Shown: piece after piece, positions 1-13,346 of the stretch
Position numbering within the stretch: the first letter of the stretch is position 1
How the letters are laid out: each line of letters opens with the position of its first letter
DNA from: Mobula hypostoma
Taxonomy: Eukaryota
DNA length: 64,000 nt
Direction of reading: 5' to 3'
NCBI RefSeq assembly: GCF_963921235.1
Contig: NC_086108.1
Location: 110,362,001 to 110,426,000 of the forward strand
Notes under the pieces: model-generated
What the model was told of the DNA's origin: nothing
Database searches by the model: none
Seen by the model: the letters and a program-made list of their open reading frames with translations, nothing else
Made by a program: the position numbers and the translations under genes

Positions 1-592
1 GTACTTCAGTTTCCTCCCACGGTCCAAAAGAGGAACCAGTTAGTACGTCCTGTGAATAGGGTGGGGTTAAATAGGTGGGTTGTGGGGCAGCACATCTCAA
101 AGGGCCAGAAGGGTCTGTTGCTGTATCTTTAAATAAATAATTTTTTTTAAAGTTCATGAAACTTAAAATAACATTGATGTTGCTATGGTCACAGTGGTGG
201 TGCTGGGAATAGGTTTTTCTATTTTTAATTGAGTTCTAATAGTGAATTAGAATATACAGCACATCTGCTAAGTAAGTGCATCTAATGTCTATAGAGTTAA
301 TTATTGCCTGCTTAACTTTCTCTTTGTTTCTGTTATTGAGTAACCCAGGTAAAATGTGAAAGGCCAGGGCCATAGTACAGAACACTGTGCGGGACCAGAA
401 ATGAAAAGAGTAGTAGCGAAGACAAGATAAATCAACACTCAGTGGTTAGGTGATGCCAGGATTGCGTTTTAAAAACCTGTAGATTATAGAAGGAAGGGAA
501 CCCTGCAAGGTAAGAAACTCTTATAGTTTTGAGGTCCTTTGTAAGAGTGAGCCTAGTGCAGGAGATAGTGTGATGAGTCTTGCTTTCAACAT

Positions 593-898
593 GGGCACCA
601 CTGTAGCGTTGCAGTTAACGCGACACTATTACAACTCGGGACGTCGGAGCTCAAAGTTCATTTCCGACATCATCTGTAAGGAGTCTGTATGTCCTCCTGT
701 GGAATGTGTGGTTTTTCTCCGGGTATTCCAGTTTCCTCCCATTTTCCAATATGCCACTTAGTTGGTTAATTGGTCATTGTAAATTCTCCTGTGATTAGGC
801 TAGGGTTAACTCAGTGGTTGCTGGGCAGCGCAGTTCGAAGGGCCTTCTCCACACTGTATCTCAATAAATAAATAAATAAACAAACAAACAAACAAACA
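593..898 (+). mobile_element. tRNA-derived V-SINE/HE1-like SINE with (AAAT)n(AAAC)n tail. Similar copies at about 1-140, 1384-1700, 3905-4190(-), 13730-13917, 14857-15585, 19130-19430, 29467-29765, 30046-30308, 39205-39420(-) and 51590-51905(-).
   Basis: Recurrent V-domain-like core GGAGTTTGTA..TTCTCCC..TTTCCTCCGGGTGCTCCAGTTTCCTCCCAC..CCAAAGA. Confidence 0.75.
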
Positions 899-1230
899 CT
901 ACATCTTCAATACAAGACACAGTGTGGAATTAAACTCTTCATCGTGCTGTATTTTCGCATTCTGTTGTCAATGTGGACCAAACTTTAACTGTTTAGACAA
1001 GACTCATTTCTCTTCTCCACCCCAAATGAAGGGGTAACAATCAAATAAGAACCAATACCTATGAATAGAGAGTATTGATATCGTGGATATTCACTGGTTA
1101 TCCCTGATGAGATTTACATGTTACTTTTTCCATACTTACCCATGAAGTTCCAATAAAATGAATGACGATTGCACAAATTAGCAATGTAATCCATTCACTG
1201 TGAATGTTAATTGATGTTTTTGTGTTGTAG

Positions 1231-1329
1231 GTTGTTAAACTGAAACAAATCGAACACACACTCAATGAGAAGAGAATATTGCAAGCAGTTAATTTCCCAT
1301 TTCTGGTGAAATTGGAGTATTCCTTCAAG
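1231..1329 (+). CDS. PRKACB: PKA catalytic subunit coding exon (equivalent to exon 4 of the 10-exon PRKACA/PRKACB structure): [33 protein letters not shown]
   Basis: 99 nt between tgtag| and |gtaaat. Translation matches the PKA-C alphaC region. Beta paralog assignment rests on the C-terminal exon and 3' UTR. Confidence 0.95.
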
Positions 1330-3264
1330 GTAAATAATTCATAACATCAGACTTTGAAAGTGCATTGATCTGACAGTACAGCCTACCATTTAGTGTAGCG
1401 CTTTGCGACACTAACTGTAAGATCGGAGTTCTATTCTTACCTCTAACTGTAAGGAGTTTGTACATTCTCCCCATGGCCGCATAGCTTTCCTCCGGGTGCT
1501 CCAGTTTCCTCCCACATCCCAAAGACATACAGTAAGAGTTGGTGAGTTGTGGGCATGCTATGTTGGTGCCAGAAGTGTGGCAACACTTGCAGGCTGCCCC
1601 CAGCACAATCCTCACTGACTTGATTTGACATTAACAATTCATTTCACTATGCATTTCAATGTACATGTGACAATTAAAACTAATCTTAATTTTAATCTTG
1701 TGCCAATTAAAGCTGATTTTGAATCTTAATCATTCCATACCTTTAAAATGGATTATGAACCCTTTGCATGAATCAGCCGCACACTCAGCTTAAGAGAATT
1801 TCTAAAGTTTTATGTATTGAAGAGGACTGAATAGGATTCAAAGTAGACTTTCAACTGTTACTCAAGATTAGAGTCACAGAAGTCATAGTCATAGAAAAGT
1901 GTAGCACAGAAACAGGCCATTCGGCCCATCTACTCTCTCAAACCATTTAAACTCCCTCCTCCCATCAACCTATTCTGGGACCATAGCCCTCCATATGCCT
2001 ACCATCCATGTACCTATCCAAACTTCTCTTAAACATTGAAATTGAGCTTGCGTGCACCACTTGTACTGGCAACTTGTTCCACACTCTTGCAACACTGAGT
2101 GAAGAAGTTTCCACTCATGTTCCCCTTAACCCATGACTTCTAGTTGTAATCCCACACAGCCTCAGTGGAAAAGGCCTGCTTGTATTTATCCTATCCAATA
2201 CCACGCAATAATTGTTACACCAGATCTGATGCAACACAAAAAATAAATGCCATAAGAGATGGGGGAGTGGGGTACACATGTTGAGGATGATGGGAAGAGA
2301 GGAGTGGTTGTGCATCCTGATTATGTGAGGTCTTGGAAGTCCATGCAGATGAGACCTGGAAGCTGTCAAGATTTTGTGCAGTATTACTTTATTACTCTAT
2401 TAGGACTGAACTGTTAAAAGAATTGCTTTAATCGCAATCTTATGCACCTTCATTGCTAGTTGTTGGAGTTGGGTTTTAATACTAGATAGGGCAATACAAA
2501 CATTAGTTTACCCTCATCGCAGCACTGTAAACGCTTTAACCACTTTTATAATGCTGTTCACGTTGCAAAATACCTGCTGGAATTTATGCACATATTGCTC
2601 CATATCCGCAAATTAGCCTTCCACCTCACCTAGTCTTGCCCGTCACCTAGCAGCTTGTACTTCCTCCCCTCCTCCCACCTTCTTATTCTGGCTTCTTCCT
2701 CCTTCCTTTCCAGCCCTGATGAGGGCTCTCTGTCCAGGATGTCGAATTGTTTGTACTTCTCCATAGATGCTGCCTGACCTGCTGTGTTCCTCCTGCATTT
2801 TGTGAATGTTCCTTAGTTTGTACTGTTACCTCGTTGGTTATAGTGGATCAAACTATACCCAAACATTGAATGATTCCTGGTTTTTCATTCCATTAGTGTG
2901 CTAGCAAAGCTCCCTGCCAGTTGGCAGCCTTGCTGGCAACTTCACTTGTGCAATTTTGCTTTTCGTCATTGCTTAAGAAGTTTCTATTAATGTGGTTTGG
3001 CCAACTTAGACTTCAAACCTTCATTTCCTTCAGCTTGTACATATTTGTAGCAGAAGCAACTAAAATCATATCAGAACATCTGATTAGTCAGTATGCGTGA
3101 TCTTTATGTGGAATTGGTGTCACTGGATTTTGCTTGATGGAGTTCCTCAGTTTTCACTGCGTTCTGCTGTTTGATTACTCCAATTTAAAATCTTAACTCC
3201 AGGCTCTTTAAAAGGCATTCCTTTAAAGAGACAAAAAGATTAGTTTCATTAAATAATCAATCAA

Positions 3265-3860
3265 GATTGTACAATGTCTTTTCCAGTGCACAAGTGCAAA
3301 GGAGAATAAAATAATCATTATTCCGGATCCGATGTAACACAAAAAACGCAATAAGTAAAAGAACACAACAATAATTTAAAAAACAATGAATACAGATGCA
3401 TAAGGTAGTTTATATGCGTTGATTTTATGTCCATAAAGTGATGCTAGGCTGTACATACAGTGACTGACAGGAAGTAATATAGTGGTGGACTTAGTGGGAG
3501 GTGTTGATCAGCTTTACTGCTTGGGGAAAGTAACAGTTTCTGAGTCTTGTGGGACTGGCATAGCCTCCTCCCTGCTGGGAGTGGGACAACAGTCCAGGAG
3601 CAGGGTGGGTGGGATCCTACATGATATGACTGGCCCTTTTCTGTCACCTTGATGGTGGGTAGGCTGGTGCCAGTGATGCGTTGGGCAGTCTTGACTACCC
3701 AATGTAGAGCCTTCCCGTCCACCACAGTGCATTTTCCATACGGTACAGTGATGCAGCTTGTTAGGATGCTGTACTGTACATTTGTAGAATGATGCAAGTG
3801 TGAATGTGCAAAATCCAGCTCTTCAGCCTTCACAGAAAGTAGAGCCATTGATGAGCTTTC
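3265..3860 (-). mobile_element. Rex1/Babar-type LINE 3' fragment. Others at about 4770-5400, 6490-7035, 7235-7400, 13960-14210, 15586-15880, 17215-17600, 20190-20460, 27390-27700, 42960-43290, 50910-51350 and 52590-53106.
   Basis: SILTSCITV.YG..VVKTAQRITGTSLP..LPAGRR-type coding remnant followed by a characteristic 3' UTR. Confidence 0.75.
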
Positions 3861-4998
3861 TTAGTATGTAGAATGTGTTCTGGGATCATGAAAGGCTATG
3901 TTTTCACATTTATGTCAACTACGGTGAAGTGTGATGTTTGCGCCAAATCAAATCAGCGAGCATTGTGCTGGAGGAAGCCTGCAAGTGTTATCACACTTCT
4001 GGTGCCAATGCAGCATGCCCACAGCTTCCTAACCCTCACCCATGCACCTTTAGAATGTGGGAGGAAACCAAACACCCAGAGGAAGCCCACATGGCCATAG
4101 GGAGAACGTACAAACTCCTTACAGACAACAGCAGGAATTGATTGCTGATCAGTGATCACTGGCATTGTAAAGCAATGCATTACCATGCTGATTTGTTCCT
4201 TTGTACCAAAGTTCAGGACCCATCCAAAATTATGATCTCCTTGTAAACCTACTTGGTGTTCAAAAAAAAAACAAGTTATACCCTTTCATGGTTGGCAATT
4301 TCTTCTGACAATGACTGATTATTCATGATGGAATAAAGCCCTTCTAACATCTATAAGAGCATAAGATAGGAGCAAAATTAGGCCATTCAGCTCTGCCATT
4401 CCATCATGGCTGATCCTGCATCCCATTCAACTCCATACAACTGCCGTCTCCCATATCCCTTGATGTCCCGACTAACCAGGAATCTTATCAACTTCTGCTT
4501 TAAATATACCCATGGACTTGGCCTTCACCGCAGTCTGTGGCCGAGCATTCCACAGATTCATTACTCTTTGGCTAAAAAAAAGTCCTCCTTACTTCTGTTC
4601 TGAAAGGTCGCCCCTCAATTTTGAGGTTGTGCCCTCTAGTTCTAGATACCACCACCAGAGGGAACATCCTCACACATCTATCTTATCTAGTTCTTTCAAC
4701 GTTCGGTAGGTTTCAATGAGATCTCCACAAAATTCTTCTAAATTCCAGTGAGTGCAGGTCCAAAGCCATCTACATGAAACACAGTTATAGGAAAGCAGCA
4801 TCTATCATTAGAGATCCCCACCACCCAGGATGTGCTCTCTTCTTACAGTTGCCATCAGGTAGAAGGTATGAGAGCCTCAGGACTCACACCACCAGGTTCA
4901 AGAACAGTTTCTACCCCACCATCAGGCTCTTGAAGAAAAGGGGGTAACCATACTCAACTTCACTTGCCCCATCTATGAACAGTTCCTACAGCTAATGA

Positions 4999-5152
4999 CC
5001 CTTCGTCAGGACTAACGAACTAGTCCTGACGAAGGGTCCCGGCCGAAAACATCGACTGTACCTCTTCCTATAGATGCTGCCTGGCCTGCTGTGTTCCGCC
5101 AGCGTTTTGTGTATGTTGCTTGAATTTCCAGCATCTGCAGATTTCCTCGTGT
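4999..5152 (+). mobile_element. Penelope-derived short element with a head-to-head partial inverted repeat and a degenerate hammerhead (5022-5057)
   Basis: GACCCTTCGTCAGGACTA-acgaac-TAGTCCTGACGAAGGGTC. 13-bp TSD with 2 mismatches (4986-98, 5153-65), inside a Rex1 tail. Confidence 0.78.
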
Positions 5153-5770
5153 CTACAACCAATGATCTCACTTTTAAAGACTCTGTGTCTCATTATCTCA
5201 TGTTCTTTTTATTTATTGCTATTTATTTATATTTGTCTTTGCATAGTTTGTTGTCTTCTGCACTCTGGTTGGTCTTTCATTGATCCTGTTATAGTTACTA
5301 TTCAATAGATTTGCTGAGTATGCCCACAAAAAAATGAATCTCAGGGTTATATGTGGTGACATATTTTGATAGTTTGATGATAAAATTTGCTTTGAACTGT
5401 GAACAAGTTCACTGTTCCCTCTAAGCTGCGCAGCTAGAATTTTCTTATATATAATCTTACTATTATTTTAAAATTATGCTAATTTTGAAACCGTTAATAT
5501 AATTGTGAAATGCCCTGTAATTAATAGTTAATAAATATAATCTATAAACTTTCCAAATAATAAACATACCAGAGCCTTTACTTTGAAACATTTTAGAGTT
5601 TCAATGTATTTACATTGTCAATGTTTCAAGTGACTCTGTACTGTGGAAGTCAGTAGCTCATTGTTAACAAACCACTGGCCCGCTGAACAGTATTTAAAAG
5701 TTTACCTTCAGTTAATAAATGAAATCAAAAGTATGTCATTTTTTGATTTTTATTCTAAATATTCGTGATA

Positions 5771-6243
5771 CATGGTGGTTGTCCATCATATCCGACAATG
5801 ACAGGAAACCTGTGCAAGAGAGTTTTTAAAGTGGAAAGGCCATTGCACTCCAAAGTCCGGATCCAGTGGAATGAACAAGTGTCGCAAACATGACCGTGAA
5901 CTCTTCTGTGCCTTGTCATGCCCTTTGCTCTCCTAGGAGCGTTGCCCTTCCCGGCTGTTGGATCTCACTGTAGAGTCCGCCGGAGCTGACTTCACATGCC
6001 AAGACAGGCATCTCCCTAACTCACCAGAGTACGGAGTGCTTCGGCTACCCTTACCTGGTTTAACCCAACTATCAAAGCAGTGTACCAGGACGTTTCCGCT
6101 GTCGAAGGCAAACAGCTACTTGGAGCTGCAGGTGAGAGCTGAGTGTCTGGTGGGGACCAAAGGTGAGTGAGCTGCCCCAGAATGGACACGACAAGCCCCT
6201 TCACCAGAGGTGCTGTCCCTCCCTGGACACCTCGTACGTCCCA
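5771..6243 (-). mobile_element. Possible RTE-derived non-autonomous element
   Basis: GC-rich island in AT-rich intron with no credible ORF. Minus-strand end (..GGACAACCACC) resembles RTE tails. No TSD found. Confidence 0.35.
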
Positions 6244-7404
6244 CTCAAAATAAACATTTAAAGTGCCATGCAGTTTTCAGTTTGTGTAAAAACATTTCCT
6301 GCCCAGCACTGGTTGGTCCTCGCAGTTGTTAAAAAATATTAGAGGGAATGTTGGACAAATCCATAGTAAACTCAACCTGCCTGACCACTATGATGGGCAG
6401 GGTTCAAACGATGAAGGCAAAATTTAGTATTTAGTGTGTCCTGAGCAGCAATTGTAATTACAGTAGAAATAGCCAGGGTTACATGCCTGCCATCAACATG
6501 TATCGTAGCCTGGTATGCAAACACCAATACCCTTGAATGCAAAAGCCCTCCCTACCATTAAACACATCTGCATGGAGTACTGTTGCAGGAAAGGAAAACA
6601 GCATCCATCATCAAGCACCCACACCGTCCAGGCAATGCTCTCTTCTTGCTTCTGCCATCAGGAAGGAGGTACAGAAGCCTCAGGATCCACTCAGCCAGGT
6701 TCAGGAAAAGATTCTACTACTCAATATTCAGGCTGAAGAGGGAATAACTTCACTCAACTTCACTGAAATGTTCCCACAACCTGTGGATTCACTTTCAAGG
6801 ATTCTTCATTGCATATTCTCGATGTTTATTGCTTAATTTATTTTCGTTGTTACTTTATTCGCTTTACATTCGTGTAGTTTGTTGTCCTTCGCACGATCGT
6901 TGTTTGTCTTGAGTGTGGTCTTTTCTTGATTCTATTGTGTTTCTTTGCATTTACTATGAATGTCTGCAAGAAAATGAATCTCAGGGTTGTATATGGTAAC
7001 ATATTTACTCTGATTACAAATTTACTTTGAACTTCCAATCTGATTTGTGTGACTAATAAAAATAAGACGAGATGCTGGAAATCTAGAGGAACACACAAAA
7101 TGCTGGAGGAAACTTATAAACGCTTAGATATGGTTTTTTGTGCCTTACTGTTCTGTTTAAACCAGTTATCATTGTTCTGTTCCTAAAATTGTTTCAAAAG
7201 CTCCCTTCTGAAAAGCGCTATAGGGCATGCTTGCCACCAAGGAGGAAGTACAGGAGCCTGAAATCTCACACTCAACATTTTAAGAACAGCTTTTTCCCCT
7301 CTGCCATCAGATTTCTGAACAGACAATAAACCAGCCCATGAACACTACCTTACTATTTTTGCATTCTTTTAGCACTCATTATTTAATTTTTTTTTATATA
7401 TATA

Positions 7405-8204
7405 CAGTGGATCTTGGTTAACTGGGGCACATCGTGACCAGTACATTTTGGCCCAATTAAGCAGCTGCCCATTTAGCCGAAGTTTCACAGAAATAGTTAA
7501 AAAGATATAAAAAAGACAAACTATTGTTTAACTGGGTATCAAATTATGTACAGTATTTAAATGAAATACGGAACAAGTTAGAACACTAAAAATACTATTA
7601 AACTTATTAGCTCCTAATAGTTATTGACAGAGGAATTCATCCAGTATACACATTCTTTTGAATGAATGAACAAAAGACATCCAGTGTAGATTGTGGACTG
7701 CCTTCATAGAATGTTATTGACATCTGCATCCTTCAAATCTTCATCTTAATTTTAGCATCAAGATGATTGTCGATACCTTCAAATTCTTCATAGTTTTTAA
7801 CTTTGAAGAAATGAAATCATTTCATTTTCACTCCCGGCCATTTTAATATCTCCCATCCTGAATGCTTGAAACTGCAGTAAGCCAAACAGTTCTGAATTGA
7901 CTTACTGATTATTTGTTGCCAACTATCAGTGCCAAATAGTTTTGAACACAAATACACGCAACTGATGCTATTTTTAAAATTGTTCACTCTAAGCACAGTG
8001 TGTCTAATGGCCACACAAGTGCATAAGTCTGACACTAGTTAGATACTGTGCGGCAAAAGTCTCCTGCGCCAATTAAGTGGTGTAGTATCCCAAATGAATG
8101 AAGGGAATCCTGGCTATTTTCTTGATTTGATTTTGTTCTTAAGAATTTGTCTCAATAAGCAGTTGCTCCAATTAACCAATGGTCCAATTAACTGGAATCC
8201 ACTG
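7405..8204. mobile_element. Non-autonomous pogo/Tigger-like DNA transposon (MITE) inside a Rex1 3' tail
   Basis: Imperfect TIRs CAGTGGATCTTGGTTAACTGG / CCAATTAACTGGAATCCACTG with subterminal CCAATTAA repeats. TA on the left, GA on the right. Confidence 0.7.
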
Positions 8205-9798
8205 GATTTCTAATTACAATTTTTTGTATTTTTATGTATTGCACTGTAATGCTGCTGCCAAATTTCTTGAGCTATGTCAGTGATATTAAACCTGATTCTG
8301 ATTCTATTAAAGCAAATTTCACGCCATCTTAAAAGCTGCTTCCACCAGGCAGTTCATCTGGTCAACCATTCTAGTTAAGCACCTCACCACCTTCACTTAC
8401 CTTAGTCACTGCACTGTACTTTAAACCACTTTTTATAATGATGTTTACTTTGTAAAGAGATGCTGCTGTTATGTATTTATGCACATTTTATTCCATATCT
8501 GTATTTATAGCTATTTTTAAATAAATTTGTACATAATGCTTGATATAATTCAACGGTGTTTAGCTTGTTACTTACGAGGTTTACTCACCTCTGCGCTGAA
8601 CTGAATCTGTGGCCTGGATTGACTTATTGACTTAGGGGCTGTGGACTCATTTTCATGAACTTCAGTTCTGAATGTTGTTTGCTTCCTTTTACTGATGGCA
8701 TGATTTTTTTTCTGTACATTGGAAACATAGGTTTTTGGCTGTTTGGGCGTTTGGCTGTTTTTTTTAATGGGTTCTATTGGGTTTCTTGTGTTTTGTGGCT
8801 GCTTGTAAGGAGACAAATCTCAAGGCTGTATATAGTTATACATACTTAATAATGAATGTACTTCGAACTATGAACTTTAATTATGGAATATTGTTAGTTG
8901 TTAAATATTGCACCCTAACCAACACGCCGCAACAAATTCCTAATACATATAAATAAATATATGGCAAATGAAATTGATTTTTCATCCTTGTTGGCATTAA
9001 TTTACATCTAGGTTGAAATTTTTCACAGATATTTCATTGCTGTGATAACAAGCCAGTTTTCTTCTCCTTTGGAGTTTTATTTATAAATAACTTGCCCTAA
9101 ACTTAATAGGTATGTTTGCTTTAGTGGAAGTGCACTCAATTGCCACTTGCACTCAATTACCCAGTGTGCTCTTCTGCTTGTAGCCCATCCACTTCAAGGC
9201 TGAACATGTGCATTCAAAGATGTTTTTCTGCACATCACAGTTGTAACATGTTGTTATTAGAGTTACCGTACTGTCGCCTTCCTGTCGGCTTGAACCAGTT
9301 TTGTCATTGTCCTCTGAGTTCTCATTAACAAAGTGCTTTCACCCTCCGAACTGCCCCTCACTGGATGCTGTTATTTTTCACACCATTCTCCATAAACTGG
9401 TTGAGACTGTTGTGCGTGTAAATCTCAGGAGATCAACAGTTTCTGTCATACTCAAACCACCCCGTCTGGCACAAACAATCATTCCATTCCACAGTCAAAG
9501 TCACCTAGATCACATTTCTTCCCCATTCTGATGTTTGATCTGAACAACTCAACTTCTTGACCATGCCTTTGTGCTTCTATGCATTGAGTTTCTGCCACTT
9601 GATTGGCTTATTAGATATTTGCATTAATGAGTGAGTGTAGAGGTATACCTAATAAAGTGGCCACTAAGTGTACTTAAACTTCTAACCCAGGTGGTATTTG
9701 CAGATGTTCAGTTTACCTGTAGCCTTCTCTGTTGTTTTGCTCATTACAAAGAGGTAACCATTGGACTCGATGTTCATGGCTACCACTTTAATTCATAA

Positions 9799-9900
<102 letters not shown>

Positions 9901-10569
9901 TAAGGTTTAAGTCGCCCATGGATTGATGAATAATATAAAATATTTGTGATGAACATAAGTGTTCCTCAAGGCACTGTCCAACGTTGAAAAATCAGCATCT
10001 AGGCAACCTGTCCAGTAACTTGAGTGCATCATCCATAAGACATAAGACATAGGAGCCAAATTAGGCCATTTAGCCCATTGAGTCTTCACCATTCCATACA
10101 GGATGTAATGCTGATGCTTTATAAGGCATTAGATCGTACTTGGAGTATTGTAAGTAGGTTTTATGCCCCTTATCTAAGAAAATGTGCTAGCATTGAAGAG
10201 GATTCAGTTGAGGTTCACAAGAATGGTTACAGGAACAAAAGGATTAACATATGAGGAGCGTTTAATGGCTTTGGGTCTGTACTCACTAGAGTTTAGAAGC
10301 TGTTATTCCATTGAATATTGGAAGGCCTAGATACTGTGCATATAGAGAAGATGTTTCCTATAGTGGGGGAGTCTGGGACCAGAGAGCACAACCTCAGGAT
10401 AGAGGGACCTTCATTGAGAGTAGAGATTAGGAGGACTTTCGTTTTCTTTAGCCTGAGATTAGTGCATCTGTGGATTTCAATGCCACAGACAGCTATGAAG
10501 GGCAAGTCACAGGGTACTTTTAAAGTAGAGTTTGATAGGCTTTTGATTAGTCAGGGTGTCAGAGAGTAT

Positions 10570-13346
10570 CATAAGACATAGGAGCAGAATTAGGCCATCT
10601 GTCCCATCAAGTCTGCTCTGCCATTCAATCATGGCTGATCCTTTTTTTTCTATCTCCTCCTCAACCCTAGTTCCCCGCCTTCTCCCTGTAACCTTTGATG
10701 CCGTGTCCAGTCAAGAACCTATCAATCTCAGCCTTAAATACGCCCAACGACCTGGCCTCCACAGCTGCATGTGACAACAAATTCACCACCATTTGGCTAA
10801 AGAGATTTCTCCACATCTCTGTTTTGAAAGGGTACCCCTCTATCCTGTGGCTATGCTCTCTTGTCCTAGACTCTCACCATCCTTTCCACATCTACTCTGT
10901 CTAGGCCTTTCAACATTCGAAAGGTTTCAATGAGATTCTCCCTCATCCTTTTGAATTCCAGCGAGTACAGACCCAGAGCCATCAAATGTTTCTTGTATGA
11001 TAACCCTTTCATTCCTGGATTCATCCTTATGAACCTCCTCTGGACCCTCTCCAATGTCAGCACATCTTTTCTAAGATGAGGAGCCCAAAACTGTTCACAA
11101 TTCTCAAGGTGAGGCCTCACCAGTGCCTTATAAAGCCTCAGCATCACATCCTTGCTCTTATATTCTAGACCCCTTGAAATTAATGCTAACGTGGCATTTG
11201 CCTTCCTCACCACCGACTCAACCTGCAAGTTAACCTTCAGGGTGTTCTGCACAAGGACTCCCAAGTCCCTCTGCATCTCAGATTCCTGGATTTTCTCCCC
11301 GTTTAGAAAATAGTCTGCACATTTATTTCTGCGACCAAAGTGCCTGACCATGCATTTTCCAACATTGTATTTCATTTGCCACTTTCTTGCTCATTCTCCT
11401 CATCTGTCTTTCTGCATCCTACCTGTTTCCTCAACACTACCTGCCCCTCCACCAATCTTTGTATCATGTGCAAACTTAGCCTCAAAGCCATCTATTCCAT
11501 CATCTAAATGCTTTATATACAACATAAAAAGAGTCCCAACACTGACCCCTGCAGAACACCATTAGTCACTGGCAGCCAAACAGAAAAGGATCCTTTTATT
11601 CCCACTCACTGCCTCCTACCAATCAGTTAATGCTCTAACCATGTTAGTAACTTTCCTGTAGTATAGTGGGCTGTTAACTTGGTAAGCAGCCTCATGTGTG
11701 GCACCTTGTCAAAGGCCTTCTGAAAGTCCGAATATAAAACATCCACTGCATCCCCTTTATATATTATATATTTTACTTGTAATCTCCTCAAAGAATTCCA
11801 GCAGATTCGTCAGGCAGGAGTTTTCTTGAAGGAAACCATGCTGACTTTGTACTGTCTTGTCCTGTGTCACCAAGTACTTTATCACCTCATCCTTAACAAT
11901 TGACTCCAACATCTTCCCAACCACTGAGGTCAGGCTAACTGGTCTATAATTTCCTTTCTGCTGCCTTCCTCCTTTCCTTAATATTTGCCATTTTCCCGTC
12001 CTCTGGCACCATGCCAGAGTCCAATGATTTTTGAAAGATTATTTCTAATGCCACCACAATCTCTAACGCAATCTCTTTCAGAACCCTAGTGTGCAGTTCC
12101 TCTGGTCCAGGTGACTTTTGTACCTTTAAATCTTTCAGCTTTTTGAGCACCTTCTCTCTTGTAACAGTAACTGCACCCACTTTTCTTCCTTCACACATTA
12201 CAACATCAGGCATACTGCTCGTGTTTTCCACAGTGAAGACTGATGCAAAATACTCATTTAGTACATCAGCCATCTCCTTGTCCCCCGTTATTATTTCTCC
12301 TGCTTCGTATTCTATCAGTCCTATATTCACTCTCATCTCTCTATTTTTAGTATACTTGAAAAAGCTTTTACTATCCATTTTGATATTATTTGCTAGCTTG
12401 TTTTCATATTTCATCTTATCCCTTCTAATGATTTTTTAGTTGCTCTCTGTAGGTTTTTAAAAACTTTCCAATCTGCTATCTTCCCACTAATCTTTGCTTT
12501 GTTGTATGCCCTTTCTTTTGCTTTTACAATAGCTTTGACTTCCCTTGTTAGCCACGGTTGTACCATTTTACCATTTGAGTATTTCTTCATTTTTGAAGTA
12601 CATCTGTCCTGCACCATCCTCATTTTCCCAGAAATGCACGCCATTGCTGCTCTGCTGACATCTGTGCCAGCAGCTCCTTCCAATTTACTTTGGCCAACTC
12701 CTCTCTCAAACCACTGTAATTTCTCTTACTCCACTGAATTACTGCTACATCAGACTTTACTTTCTCCCTATCAAATTTCAAGTTGAACACAATCATATTG
12801 TGATCACTGGTTCCTAATGGTTCTCTTACCTCAAGCTCCCTAATCGCCTCCAATTCATTACATAACACCCAATCCAGTATAGCTGATCGATCCCCTGGTA
12901 GGCTCAACAACAAACTGCTCTAAAAAGCTCTTTCTTAAGCGTTCTACAAACTCACTCTCTTGAGATCCATTACCAACCTGATTTTCCCAATCGACCTGCT
13001 TGTTAAAATCTCCCATGACATTGCCTTTTTGACTGGCCTTTTCTATTTCCTGTTGTAACCTGTGGTCCACCTCCCAGCCACTGTTGGAAAGCCTGTATAT
13101 AACTGCCATCAAAGTCCTTTTACCCTTGCAGTTTCTTAACTCAACCCACAAAGATTCAACATCTTCCAGTCCTATGTCACATCTTTCTACTGATTTGATG
13201 CCATTCTTTACCAGTAGAGCCACACCACCCCCTCTGTCTACCTTCCTATCCCTCTGATATAATGTGTAACCTTGGACATACAGTTCCCAACTACAACCAT
13301 CTTTCAGCCACGATTCAGTGATGGCCACAACATCATACCTGGCAGA
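10570..13346 (-). mobile_element. CR1 LINE (endonuclease and RT, 5'-truncated, decayed) nested in an older + strand CR1 3' fragment (about 10097-10569 and 13347-13450)
   Basis: ORFs with AITESWL, GDFN, SDHN, KSPGP and LVRPHLE..FWAP. AGTAT is repeated at 10565-69 and 13347-51. Confidence 0.9.
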
